This document shows positions 25,335 through 34,679 of a stretch of DNA of 64,000 nt, piece by piece. Source of the stretch: an uncultured Pseudomonadota bacterium (GTDB lineage: Bacteria > Babelota > Babeliae > Babelales > RVW-14); assembly GCA_964493325.1 (NCBI GenBank), contig CAZBMD010000009.1, forward strand, positions 1,121 to 65,120. The letters run 5' to 3'. Numbering within the stretch: the stretch's first letter is position 1; each line of letters opens with the position of its first letter. The position numbers and the translations under genes were made by a program. A model generated the notes under the pieces. It saw nothing but the letters and a program-made list of their open reading frames with translations. It ran no database searches and was not told where the DNA came from.

Positions 25335-26066
25335 TTATTTTTGATAGAAACTTCTCATTTGTTGACCAGCTCGCAGTACCCAAGATGAATCGCAAAAATC
25401 AGAATACAAATTAGACACACGCCCTCTGCCATTATTCTTAGCAACACGATCATTTCGTATTCCCAAACAGGTCAGCCTGCTACTCCACGATTGAATTAAT
25501 TGATTTTTAAAATACATAACCCTTCCTAAAATCAATTCTTCAAGACATAAATTTTCACAGTCTTCATGAATAAGTGTCTCGAGTTTTTCAAGAAGATTAA
25601 AAATCATTTCGCGCTCGGTAAAATTTGTAAATCCTCGATATTCTTTTTTTGATAAATATTCTAAAACTCTATCTTCTCCACCCAAGATATCTTGAAAGAC
25701 AAAAAGCTCATAATAAAGGTAGGCAAGAAGCAGCGCACATAAATTATCTTGCTGCAAATATTTTTGAAAAATTCCATTACAAAATCTTTCATCAAGAACC
25801 ATGTTACACAGTACATCTTCATAGGAATAATTTTTAAACGGTTGCTTAAAATTTCTATCCTCAATGTACTTCTCCTTAATAAACTTATAGAGTTTGGTAT
25901 TTTGATCTTCAAGTAAATAATTAATAAGATCGGCAACAGGCGCAAGTACTTCTGACGATTGAATTGGTTTTCTTACACAGTCACGAATTACTTCCAAATC
26001 ATTCTGCATTGCAATACACGTATTAGCAAAAACCAATAACAGGCAGTATGTATAAAATCGCTTCAT
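25335..26066 (-). CDS. Orphan secreted protein (243 aa), immediately downstream of the DNA ligase gene
   Basis: MKRFYTYCLLLVFANTCIAMQ looks like a signal peptide. The ATG at 26066 lies 14 nt after the ligase stop on the same strand. I recognise no motifs. Confidence 0.55.
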   Translation of the reverse strand: MKRFYTYCLLLVFANTCIAMQNDLEVIRDCVRKPIQSSEVLAPVADLINYLLEDQNTKLYKFIKEKYIEDRNFKQPFKNYSYEDVLCNMVLDERFCNGIFQKYLQQDNLCALLLAYLYYELFVFQDILGGEDRVLEYLSKKEYRGFTNFTEREMIFNLLEKLETLIHEDCENLCLEELILGRVMYFKNQLIQSWSSRLTCLGIRNDRVAKNNGRGRVSNLYSDFCDSSWVLRAGQQMRSFYQK

Positions 26067-26079
26067 TATCAACAACCTT

Positions 26080-27840
26080 TCATTTTTTCTTTTTGAATTG
26101 CAACTTAAAAAGTGCCTCTACTTCGTTAACCGTCGTCGCTTCAAGCGCTGACTTGTCAGGACGATACCCCATCAAGCGCGGAAAGCGCAACGCTAGCCCA
26201 AGCTCACCTTCTTTGGCACCAGTACGATGAAGAGGGGACCGGGTAATTTCGTCTGCACGCACCATACAAATAATTTCTGGAGCAACCCAAACATCAGGAT
26301 ACAGCTCTTTGGCACACTCAACATTGTGAGGTCGCTTTTCAACCCTGCGCTCATCGCAAGCTTTTTTTTGCTCCCGCCATTCTTCGTCAGAAAGACCAGT
26401 ACCAAGCTTTGCAATGGTTTGGAAACAATCTTGTTCTTGGTTATAGACACCGACAAGCAAAGCGCCAATACCAAACTTAGCTCGCTTGCCATGCCCAAAA
26501 TAGTACCCCAAAATCACACAGTCCAGCGTATCATCAATTTGCCCAGACTCCTGACGCTTGAGCTTAATCCAGTTAAAATTTCGCTTACCAGGTTGATACA
26601 CAGCATCTGGCCGTTTAACGACAAGTCCTTCTAGACCCAATGAAATATTTTGTTCAAAGTAGCGCTCCAGATCAACTGCCTTAGCAATCTCTACTTCTTC
26701 GATAGGAAAAATGATATCATGCTTTTTGATATCAGCATGATCAAGAAGATGGACAAGTTTTTTACGACGGTGTTCGTGTGTTTCCGATAACAACGAAACT
26801 CCATCACTATACAAAAGATCAAATAAATAAAGCTTGAGCGGATACTCCTCAGCAACGCGTTCAACATCATGTTTGCGCTTGCGTTTGACCGTCTCTTGGA
26901 ATGGAAGAAAGCTTCCCGTCTCACTATCAAAAGCTATTGCTTCCCCTTCTGCAACCAGGGAATCTACTTTAAGATCTAAAACCGCAGCCTTCAGGTCTGG
27001 AAACATTTGTGACATATCTTGCAAATTGCGTGAATAAAATCTAATAAGCGGCTCTTTGCCGGTGCGATCGATATGAACCTGCAACCGAAAACCATCAAGT
27101 TTTGGTTGCGCTATGCAGTTGCCTAATTTTTTTACAATAGCATGTGCATCTGAAAGACGTTCTGCAGCTGCTGGGCGAATAGGAATACCGGGAATGATTG
27201 CCATTTTCTGAATTCCAGCAACACCATCTTCTTTGAGTGTTTTAATTATAAGACCAATATCAGCAGAAATATTATAGGCATCTTCAAGCGCTTGGCGAAT
27301 AGATTTATCGCCGCACTCTGCCCATGAAAAGGCGTCAAGAAGCGTCATATCTGAAAAACCAAGTCGAAGCTTACCCAAAATAATGCGGACCACATATTTT
27401 GCCGAAAGCGGATCGATCTCCTGAAGAATTTCTTTCAAAAATTGTTCTTTGACATCCTGACTACCAGTTCCTGTAATCGATAAAAGTCGGTTTAATTTTT
27501 TATGCATTTCTGTGATTGATAGCTCATCATCAGTACTTGCTTGCCAGGTATGAGATGCAACAACAAGGCCCAGATCGCCCATTTTATCTACCTGTTCCTT
27601 GATCTCATGCTGAGTACTTTTTGTTAGCTGCGCCAGAGCTTTGATCATGCCTTTTTCGGCAAAATTAAATTGTGTGCTCACGTACACCGCATTCAAACTG
27701 CCAAGCGATAGATATGCAATAATAGCACTTTCTGCTGGCGTTGCTTCCTTTAAAATTTCGGCAAGGATTTTGGTAATCAACGTGCGCGAAGATTCTTGCT
27801 CAATTTTTTCAAAAACTTCTGCAAGCTTATTAAATTTCAT
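26080..27840 (-). CDS. ATP-dependent DNA ligase, Lig1/archaeal-like, with N-terminal DNA-binding domain
   Basis: 586 aa with all six nucleotidyltransferase motifs: I AQPKLDGFRLQVH, III LVAEGEAIAF, IIIa YLFDLLYSDG, IV LEGLVVK, V NWIKLK and VI LRFPRLMGYRPDK. About 240 aa lie N-terminal to motif I. Confidence 0.9.
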   Translation of the reverse strand: MKFNKLAEVFEKIEQESSRTLITKILAEILKEATPAESAIIAYLSLGSLNAVYVSTQFNFAEKGMIKALAQLTKSTQHEIKEQVDKMGDLGLVVASHTWQASTDDELSITEMHKKLNRLLSITGTGSQDVKEQFLKEILQEIDPLSAKYVVRIILGKLRLGFSDMTLLDAFSWAECGDKSIRQALEDAYNISADIGLIIKTLKEDGVAGIQKMAIIPGIPIRPAAAERLSDAHAIVKKLGNCIAQPKLDGFRLQVHIDRTGKEPLIRFYSRNLQDMSQMFPDLKAAVLDLKVDSLVAEGEAIAFDSETGSFLPFQETVKRKRKHDVERVAEEYPLKLYLFDLLYSDGVSLLSETHEHRRKKLVHLLDHADIKKHDIIFPIEEVEIAKAVDLERYFEQNISLGLEGLVVKRPDAVYQPGKRNFNWIKLKRQESGQIDDTLDCVILGYYFGHGKRAKFGIGALLVGVYNQEQDCFQTIAKLGTGLSDEEWREQKKACDERRVEKRPHNVECAKELYPDVWVAPEIICMVRADEITRSPLHRTGAKEGELGLALRFPRLMGYRPDKSALEATTVNEVEALFKLQFKKKK

Positions 27841-27881
27841 TGGAACCCTAACCTGCTCATTGTACAGTCAAGACAACGTGC

Positions 27882-28457
27882 TCATGAATGTTTGTGATAA
27901 AAATATGAAAGAATATTCGAAGTATGGCGAAAAACCATCCAACTGCAAAGAAAAAATAAAAAATAAAGAGGCTTTTGCAGCCCTATAAGATACCAATTAA
28001 AACCGGTGATTGCACTCATCGAAATAAACGATGCAAGGAATGGTTGCTTACTCAATGCAAGAACCGCAAGCCACAGCGCCGCAAAGACAACACTCTGTAG
28101 CCATGGCAAAAAATAACAAAGAAGGCCAAAAGTTGTTGCAACACCCTTGCCACCGGTAAATTGCAAAAATACCGAAAAAGAGTTGCCAACTAATAATGCT
28201 GCTGCTAGATAATATGAAGCGCCATCGCCCAACAAAAAATGAGCTCCGCGCAAAAAAGAAAACGCTTTAACTGCATCAATAAAAAAAACAAGAATAAAAT
28301 ATTTTTTGCCCACAACGCGGGCAACGTTACTTGCACCAGTGTTGCCTGAACCTTGCTGCCTGATATCAACACCAGCAACAAACCGAGCAACCAAGTATCC
28401 CGTTGGAATTGCCCCGACAAGATACGCAAGGACACTAGCTATTAAGATATGAACCAT
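27882..28457 (-). CDS. plsY: Glycerol-3-phosphate acyltransferase PlsY
   Basis: LVGAIPTGYLVARFVAGVDIRQQGSGNTGASNVARVVGKKY...GGKGVATTFG. I chose the ATG at 28457 because the track start at 28490 would run into the tRNA. Confidence 0.9.
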   Translation of the reverse strand: MVHILIASVLAYLVGAIPTGYLVARFVAGVDIRQQGSGNTGASNVARVVGKKYFILVFFIDAVKAFSFLRGAHFLLGDGASYYLAAALLVGNSFSVFLQFTGGKGVATTFGLLCYFLPWLQSVVFAALWLAVLALSKQPFLASFISMSAITGFNWYLIGLQKPLYFLFFLCSWMVFRHTSNILSYFYHKHS

Positions 28458-28478
28458 GAATTTATTCTTTTTGAGACA

Positions 28479-28555
28479 TGGTAGCGGCACAGGGATTCGA
28501 ACCCAGGACCTACGGATTATGATTCCGCCGCTCTAACCAACTGAGCTATGCCGCC
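28479..28555 (-). tRNA. tRNA with CAU anticodon (Met; could instead be the Ile2/lysidine type)
   Basis: The reverse complement reads GGCGGCA TA GCTC AGTTGGTTA GAGC G GCGGA ATCATAA TCCGT AGGTC CTGGG TTCGAAT CCCTG TGCCGCT A CCA. Hand-folded, 77 nt, with one U-U in the T stem. It lacks the initiator hallmarks (no 1:72 mismatch, no three G-C pairs at the anticodon stem). Confidence 0.8.
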
Positions 28556-28572
28556 ACACAATTTTTGAATTT

Positions 28573-30231
28573 TTAGAATTTCAATGTTTTAACTTCAAGG
28601 ACATCGGTCAAAAACGCAAACAGCGATTTGAGAAAATAGATGCCCGCAAGAAGCGTTGCAAAAATACCTGCCATAAGCGTCACTGCAAAACCTTTGATTG
28701 CAGGACCGCCGTAATAAAACAAGACAAGTCCGGTTAGGAAGGTTGTAATGTTAGAATCTAAAATTACCGCCATCACACCACTAAAACCATTGTCGATTGC
28801 TTTTTTAAGAGAAACCCCCGTGGAGATTTCTTCTTGTATTTTTTCATAGATCAAAATAGACGCATCAATCGCCATACCGATAGTCAAAACCATTCCAGCA
28901 ATACCAGGCAAGGTAAGCGTTGCTCCCAAGTAGCTCAAAACGAGCATCACCAGAAACAAGTTCACGATGAGTGCCAAAACAGCCAAAAGCCCAGGAATGC
29001 GATAGTACAGTATACTAAAAATACACAGTAACAACAGCGCAATTAAACAAGCCATCATGCCTTTGCTAATGGAATCTTGCCCTAGCGAAGCGCCAACACG
29101 GCTTTCTTGCTCAAATTTAATTGGAGCCAAGAGCGATCCGGACTTCAAAACTACTGATAAATCGAATGCTTCTTTCGCACTGGTAATCCCATTGATAACG
29201 CCGCTTCCACCACCGATAGCCTGTTTGATGGTAGGAGAACTGAACATCACGTCATCAATAATTATGCCCAAACTGCGACCAACATTATTACCTGTCAACT
29301 CGCCAAATTCACGAGCACCGGTACTGTCAAGCTTAAAGCCAACCATTGGTTTGTTAAATTCATCACGAGAAACCTCAGCGTGAACTATGCGATCACCAGT
29401 CATATCTGGGAACACTGACACCAAGTACCAGCGACCAATTTCATCATCTCCCTCGTCAAGATCACGACGGCCAGGAATGATCATTTTATCAGAAGGCAAA
29501 TCGCCATCAAATTTATCAAAGAGCGCATCTTTAGTTGAAGCTACATCTTCAACAATCTTAAACTCTAAATGAGCTGTCTTTGTGATTACTTTTTTTACGC
29601 CATCAGGATCATCAACACCTGGCATCTGAACTACTATTTGACGTTCACCATGTTGCTGCACCACAATACCTTCAACGCCATAACCACCAAGTCGGTTGGT
29701 CAAAACGTTAACAGCTTGCTCAACGGCACCGGAGCGAACACGTTGCTCAGATTCTGGAGCAATGCTTGCCACAACTACGTTTTCAGCAAGCTTAACGCGA
29801 AGCGCTGCTGATTTCTTTTCTTTCATCAAATTAAAACAGGATTTTGCTGCAGCTTCTTCGTCAAACGAAAGATGCAACTCAAGGCCTTTTAATTCACGTT
29901 TTTCAGGAAGAACACTCAGCTGATTGTTCTTAAAAAAACTATCTAGACTTTTATTTTCTGCCGCAAGCCGTGATTCAATTGCTTTTTCTACTTCAACACC
30001 AAGAACCAAATAGGTTCCGCCAGCAAGATCTATTCCCTTTTTTATGTAGGACAGTTGCATAGCGCTAGCGTATGCACGCAATTTCCCCATAAGCCCGACC
30101 TCTTGCTCCTGAGCCTGCTTCAAGATTTTCTTGTCAAAAGACACCATGAAATAAGAGCTAACAGCCAATATCGCTACCCACATCATGAGCGGTGATACAA
30201 CAAATTTCATGAACCGTGCTTGAGTATTCAC
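28573..30231 (-). CDS. secD: Protein translocase subunit SecD
   Basis: N-terminal TM segment, a large periplasmic domain (GIDLAGGTYLVLGV...QQHGERQIVVQMPGVDDP), then five C-terminal TM segments with LTLPGIAGMVLTIGMAIDASILIYEKI. GTG start. No secF is adjacent. Confidence 0.88.
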   Translation of the reverse strand: MNTQARFMKFVVSPLMMWVAILAVSSYFMVSFDKKILKQAQEQEVGLMGKLRAYASAMQLSYIKKGIDLAGGTYLVLGVEVEKAIESRLAAENKSLDSFFKNNQLSVLPEKRELKGLELHLSFDEEAAAKSCFNLMKEKKSAALRVKLAENVVVASIAPESEQRVRSGAVEQAVNVLTNRLGGYGVEGIVVQQHGERQIVVQMPGVDDPDGVKKVITKTAHLEFKIVEDVASTKDALFDKFDGDLPSDKMIIPGRRDLDEGDDEIGRWYLVSVFPDMTGDRIVHAEVSRDEFNKPMVGFKLDSTGAREFGELTGNNVGRSLGIIIDDVMFSSPTIKQAIGGGSGVINGITSAKEAFDLSVVLKSGSLLAPIKFEQESRVGASLGQDSISKGMMACLIALLLLCIFSILYYRIPGLLAVLALIVNLFLVMLVLSYLGATLTLPGIAGMVLTIGMAIDASILIYEKIQEEISTGVSLKKAIDNGFSGVMAVILDSNITTFLTGLVLFYYGGPAIKGFAVTLMAGIFATLLAGIYFLKSLFAFLTDVLEVKTLKF

Positions 30232-30288
30232 AAATTTCTCCTCAAACGACTTAACCTACTCTCTCACTGTATTACAAAACTAATTAAG

Positions 30289-30375
30289 TGGTGCCGAGGA
30301 AGGGACTCGAACCCTTATGGGATTTCTCCCGCTGCCCCCTTAAAGCAGTGCGTCTACCAATTTCGCCACCTCGGC
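30289..30375 (-). tRNA. tRNA-Leu (class II, long variable arm); hand fold gives anticodon AAG
   Basis: The reverse complement reads GCCGAGG TG GCG AAATTGGTAGA CGC A CTGCT TTAAGGG GGCAG CGGGAGAAATCCCAT AAGGG TTCGAGT CCCTT CCTCGGC A CCA. 87 nt, with the anticodon at 30341-30339. Confidence 0.85.
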
Positions 30376-30586
30376 TTCTATGATTATGTGCGTTATTCGG
30401 CAAAAACTATGTTGCCTAAAACACTGCTAGACTGTATCATAATCCAATATTGTTTGCAATAGGTTTTTATGTAGAAATGTTATATTTTTTTTACACTCAC
30501 ACAACTCAGAACCACAACAAACAACGACCTAGAGCAAATAATGCAACAATTTAATTTTTTTTCTCATCAGAAAGATTATAGAAAAA

Positions 30587-31018
30587 ATGAGTACTCAAGC
30601 GTTTATTCCGTACATCGGCGTCTGCGGTCTCTTGATCAAAGATAGCAAAGTTTTACTCATACACAGAGCTGCAGCTATTTATGGCGGCAACTCGTATAGC
30701 CTCCCTGGCGGGCATGTTGATGGTAATGAGGCCATTCGTACTGCTCTTGCTCGTGAACTTCATGAAGAACTAGATATCAGTATAAACCCCGATGACGCAC
30801 AATTCTTTCACGTCTCGCATCAAAAATCACCACACCGAGAATATGTTTCGTTTTTCTTTGTCATTCGAACGTGGCAAGGAGAGCTCACGAACAAAGAACC
30901 AGAAAAACATACACACCTTGATTGGTTTGATCTACACGATATTCCAGAAAACACTTTGTACCGCGAAGTCTTTGCCATGTACCTGGACAAAATTTACTAC
31001 TCAGAACGCGGCTGGTAA
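30587..31018 (+). CDS. Nudix hydrolase
   Basis: Nudix box GGHVDGNEAIRTALARELHEELDI (Gx5Ex7REUxEExGU) in a 143-aa protein. Confidence 0.85.
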   Translation: MSTQAFIPYIGVCGLLIKDSKVLLIHRAAAIYGGNSYSLPGGHVDGNEAIRTALARELHEELDISINPDDAQFFHVSHQKSPHREYVSFFFVIRTWQGELTNKEPEKHTHLDWFDLHDIPENTLYREVFAMYLDKIYYSERGW

Positions 31019-31047
31019 AGTTCTACACGTAAAAGAGGAGGCTCATT

Positions 31048-32247
31048 ATGCAAAACCCATCAGAAATAACCAGTGTTCGAAAAGGCCTTTTGCCTCGCCT
31101 TATCCGCGAATTTATGCAAACAGAATCGGCCAGCGGCATAGTGATGATTTTGTTTGCATTGCTAGCGATGCTTGCTGCTAACTCGCCTTTATCATCACTC
31201 TACAAAGAATTAGTCAATGCTCCCATTACTTTTGGCTTTCAGGGCAGCATGGCCACCCACGCTCTAAAAGACTGGGTGAAAGACATTCTTATGGTGTTCT
31301 TCTTTCTGATTATTGGTTTGGAGCTTAAACGCGAGATGTGTGAGGGCTTCTTGTCCAAACGCGACCAAATTATTTTGCCATTATTGGCAGCAACAGGCGG
31401 CATGATTGTTCCGGCATTGATATTCTTTTTGCTCAATCACGGCAGCCCTCAAACAATCCATGGATGGGCGATTCCATCAGCTACTGATATTGCCTTTGCA
31501 TTGGCCACTTTAACACTCTTAAGCAAGCGCATTCCACCCGCTATAAAAATATTTCTGCTGGCAGTAGCCATATTTGATGACCTGGGCGCAATAATCATTA
31601 TCACCATATTTTATTCTACCGGACTTGCTCTTACTCCTCTATTGCTGGCCGCTAGTGGCCTGGCAGCACTGATAGTGCTCAATCGCGCTCATATCACCGT
31701 TATTACGCCATACATGCTCGTTGGCATATTCATGTGGTTTTGCTTTTATTTTTCTGGCATCCACACCACGCTGGCTGGTGTTATCGTCGGGCTAATGATT
31801 CCAATGCGTGATAAAAACGAACCGAAACATTCTCCACTCAATACCTGCATGCACTTCCTGCATCCATGGGTGAGCTTTTTGGTACTACCAATATTTGCCT
31901 TCACGAGTGCAGGCGTTGACCTAAAAGGGCTAAGTATTTCAGGCTTCCTTGAACCCTTACCTACGGGGATTGCACTTGGTTTATTCCTGGGCAAGCAAAT
32001 GGGAATTTTTATCACATCATGGCTACTCATTAAAATAAAGTTGGTGAGTATGCCTGATGCAACGCAATGGAAACATCTCTACGCAGTATCAGTCATTGCC
32101 GGTATCGGCTTCACCATGAGCCTATTCATTGGAATGCTGGCATTCTCCGACCCTCTTCTACAGGAAATGGTGAAAGTCGGTGTAATTGGCGGCTCTCTTC
32201 TTTGTATCCTGTGGGGTGGGATTATACTAAGAATTATTAAAGCATAG
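31048..32247 (+). CDS. nhaA: Na+/H+ antiporter NhaA
   Basis: GGAGG RBS. Polytopic 399-aa protein with FFLIIGLELKREM, WAIPSATDIAFAL, the AIFDDLGAIIIIT Asp pair, and GIGFTMSLFI. Confidence 0.9.
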   Translation: MQNPSEITSVRKGLLPRLIREFMQTESASGIVMILFALLAMLAANSPLSSLYKELVNAPITFGFQGSMATHALKDWVKDILMVFFFLIIGLELKREMCEGFLSKRDQIILPLLAATGGMIVPALIFFLLNHGSPQTIHGWAIPSATDIAFALATLTLLSKRIPPAIKIFLLAVAIFDDLGAIIIITIFYSTGLALTPLLLAASGLAALIVLNRAHITVITPYMLVGIFMWFCFYFSGIHTTLAGVIVGLMIPMRDKNEPKHSPLNTCMHFLHPWVSFLVLPIFAFTSAGVDLKGLSISGFLEPLPTGIALGLFLGKQMGIFITSWLLIKIKLVSMPDATQWKHLYAVSVIAGIGFTMSLFIGMLAFSDPLLQEMVKVGVIGGSLLCILWGGIILRIIKA

Positions 32248-32269
32248 CCGCCTGACCTCGCTACTCCCC

Positions 32270-33724
32270 TTAGTAAGTATCGGTACGCACGCGCAGTGTT
32301 GAGAATTGCCACAGCTCGTCATCTGTCGGGACATTTTTCCCGTACCGCACATGAAGATTTTCACCCGACAACGGCGTCCAATCTGTCGGTTGAGAAATAA
32401 ACTGCCCAAGATATGGCTTAGCAATTTTTAAAACTTTTTCGTGATCAAGATGATCTGGCAAACAAAGACCAAGCTCTGGCTCTTCAATCATGCAACAAAT
32501 TGCTGCAACAATGCTGATTGCCACCTGTAACGTGGTACTATTTTGCTCAGGAACAAGGGCACGCGCAGCGTCAATATCAAGAACGCTACCAATCCACCAA
32601 GCTCCAAAATCATGCCCCATCAAAAGACACCCGAGCTCATCAGCTCCACTGATAATTTCGTTGTTTAAAATGCGATGACGCTCCTGTGGAACAAATTGGC
32701 GCATTTTCATTTCATGAAGCGAATTCAGCGTTGAATCGGTTGGGCAATAGGCATAATGTACGGTCGGTCGATAGACAGCATTTTCGCCATCCCATACCGT
32801 CAAATAGTCACTGATACTAAACGCCTCACCGTGCCTGATGACCATGCCTATTATTGGGCCTGATGGTACCCACGACTGTACCCATGTATCAATCCCCTTA
32901 GATGAAAGACATATTTGATTTTTTGGTCCGGAGGCATGAGTCATTGCCCCCTTGGGCAGATCTTTTTCATGCGTACCCCACCCGAGTTCTGCTGGAGCAA
33001 GACCCTCTTCAATAAGACCTTCTACACTCCAACTATTCACAAACTCATTCACCTGTTTAGGTTTGTTGGTAATTTGCGTGTCACGTTCAGAGATATGAAT
33101 TGTTTTTACACCGGTGAGCATTGCAAGCTGTGCAAAATTTTTATCACTTATGGCACGCTCCAGTTGCTCATTGCGTGGATCGCCAGCTTTTTCTTGAATA
33201 ATTTTTGTGGCAATATCAATAAGCCCTTGCTTGGTCAAATGAGACACCAGACCAGGGTTTGCACCATGATCAACAACCGCAGTTGCCCCTTTTTTACTCC
33301 ACCCCTTAACCAATTTTCGCATTGCCATTTGTCTTTTATATAAAGTCAAATCTGTTGGATGCCTTTTCTGCACATCAAGGTATGGATCCCATTCTTCAAC
33401 AGATGTATTGATAAAAAGCACATCGTTGCGATGGCACCAATCAAGAAGAACACACGTGTCAATGTTCCATGCAAGGTCAATCAAAATGTCGCCAGGACTG
33501 AGGTGCGAAGAAAGAATTTCTTGATAATTTTCTGGAGTCACACGCCCCTGAACAAAGGATACTCCTTGGTCAATAAGCGATTGAATGCGATACCTATTAT
33601 CGGCAAAATCCATCACCGTAATTTTGCTTGGCGCAATACTGATCTCCTTAAGAAGAAGCGGCAGGGTGCATTGGGCAACGCCACCACAACCAAGCATAAA
33701 AATTTTCTTATCGAATGTGGCCAC
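32270..33724 (-). CDS. hss: Homospermidine synthase (saccharopine dehydrogenase-like fold)
   Basis: 484 aa, with a GTG start following AAGGAG. The N-terminal Rossmann IFMLGCGGVAQCTLPLLLK resembles bacterial HSS (IGFGSIGRGTLPLI). Also DHGANPGLVSHLTKQGL. The call rests on remembered family patterns. Confidence 0.65.
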   Translation of the reverse strand: MATFDKKIFMLGCGGVAQCTLPLLLKEISIAPSKITVMDFADNRYRIQSLIDQGVSFVQGRVTPENYQEILSSHLSPGDILIDLAWNIDTCVLLDWCHRNDVLFINTSVEEWDPYLDVQKRHPTDLTLYKRQMAMRKLVKGWSKKGATAVVDHGANPGLVSHLTKQGLIDIATKIIQEKAGDPRNEQLERAISDKNFAQLAMLTGVKTIHISERDTQITNKPKQVNEFVNSWSVEGLIEEGLAPAELGWGTHEKDLPKGAMTHASGPKNQICLSSKGIDTWVQSWVPSGPIIGMVIRHGEAFSISDYLTVWDGENAVYRPTVHYAYCPTDSTLNSLHEMKMRQFVPQERHRILNNEIISGADELGCLLMGHDFGAWWIGSVLDIDAARALVPEQNSTTLQVAISIVAAICCMIEEPELGLCLPDHLDHEKVLKIAKPYLGQFISQPTDWTPLSGENLHVRYGKNVPTDDELWQFSTLRVRTDTY

Positions 33725-33791
33725 GATTGCTCCTTTGTTCTAATGAATATGACTTTGTAGAAGAGTGGAACGGCTGGAAGCCGCTCCTGTG

Positions 33792-34658
33792 TTACATTTT
33801 TTTTGCCATTGCTCGAAGACGTGCAATTCTTTTTTCAATAGGTGGATGCGTAGAAAAAAGAGAAAAAAGACCGCTACCAGAAAATGGGTAGACTATAAAA
33901 AGGCTTGCAGCACTTGCTTGAGCTGCCGAATCGGTACGCATATTATCATGTTTAACGCCGTTTTGTAATTTTTCAAGCGCAGAAGCAAGAGCCAGCGGAT
34001 CTCTGCAACATTGAGCTCCCGATTCATCGGCAAGATACTCGCGTGAACGAGAAACTGCAAGCTGTAAAAGCGTTGCAACAAGCGGCATAATCACTGCCAT
34101 AATAATGACACCAAAGATGTTGCCACCGGATTTTTCACGATCACGGCCTCCACCAAGAAAAAGAGACCAACGCAACATGGTACCGACATAGCCAATAGTT
34201 GCTGCAATAGTTGCCGCAATGGTCCCAATCAAAATATCTCGATTTTTAACATGTGAAATTTCGTGCGCCAAAACACCGCGTAATTCATGCTCTTCAAGTA
34301 AATCCAAAATTCCCTGCGTCACGGCAACTGATGCATGAGCAGGACTTCGTCCCGTTGCAAATGCATTTGCCATGCTTGATGACAAGTACCATAATTTTGG
34401 CATCGGCATACGAAATTCTGCGCACAGTTCCTCAACCATTTCGTAAATCATTTTGTTCCGGGCCTTATCAAGCGGCTTTGCTCCGTACATTGCAAGGACA
34501 ATTTTGTCCGAGAAAAAATAGGTAACAAAATTTATAAGAAGCGCCATAATAAACGCAATGGTAAGCCCTTCTGTACCACCAAGCAAATATCCCATCACAA
34601 AAAGCAAGCCAGAAAGCGTTCCCAGAAGTACTACTGTTTTTAACCAATTTCCAATCAT
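33792..34658 (-). CDS. htpX: Membrane zinc protease HtpX (peptidase M48)
   Basis: Two N-terminal TM segments, NAFATG, LRGVLAHEISHVKNRD (HExxH), two further TM segments, EYLADESGA, and HPPIEKRIARL. Confidence 0.92.
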   Translation of the reverse strand: MIGNWLKTVVLLGTLSGLLFVMGYLLGGTEGLTIAFIMALLINFVTYFFSDKIVLAMYGAKPLDKARNKMIYEMVEELCAEFRMPMPKLWYLSSSMANAFATGRSPAHASVAVTQGILDLLEEHELRGVLAHEISHVKNRDILIGTIAATIAATIGYVGTMLRWSLFLGGGRDREKSGGNIFGVIIMAVIMPLVATLLQLAVSRSREYLADESGAQCCRDPLALASALEKLQNGVKHDNMRTDSAAQASAASLFIVYPFSGSGLFSLFSTHPPIEKRIARLRAMAKKM

Positions 34659-34679
34659 AAAACTCCTCTATTTTTAGAG

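Noticed and set aside
30220-30462. An 80-aa plus-strand ORF.
   Set aside because: It lies across the minus-strand tRNA-Leu gene (30289-30375) and the secD start region, so it is not a credible CDS.
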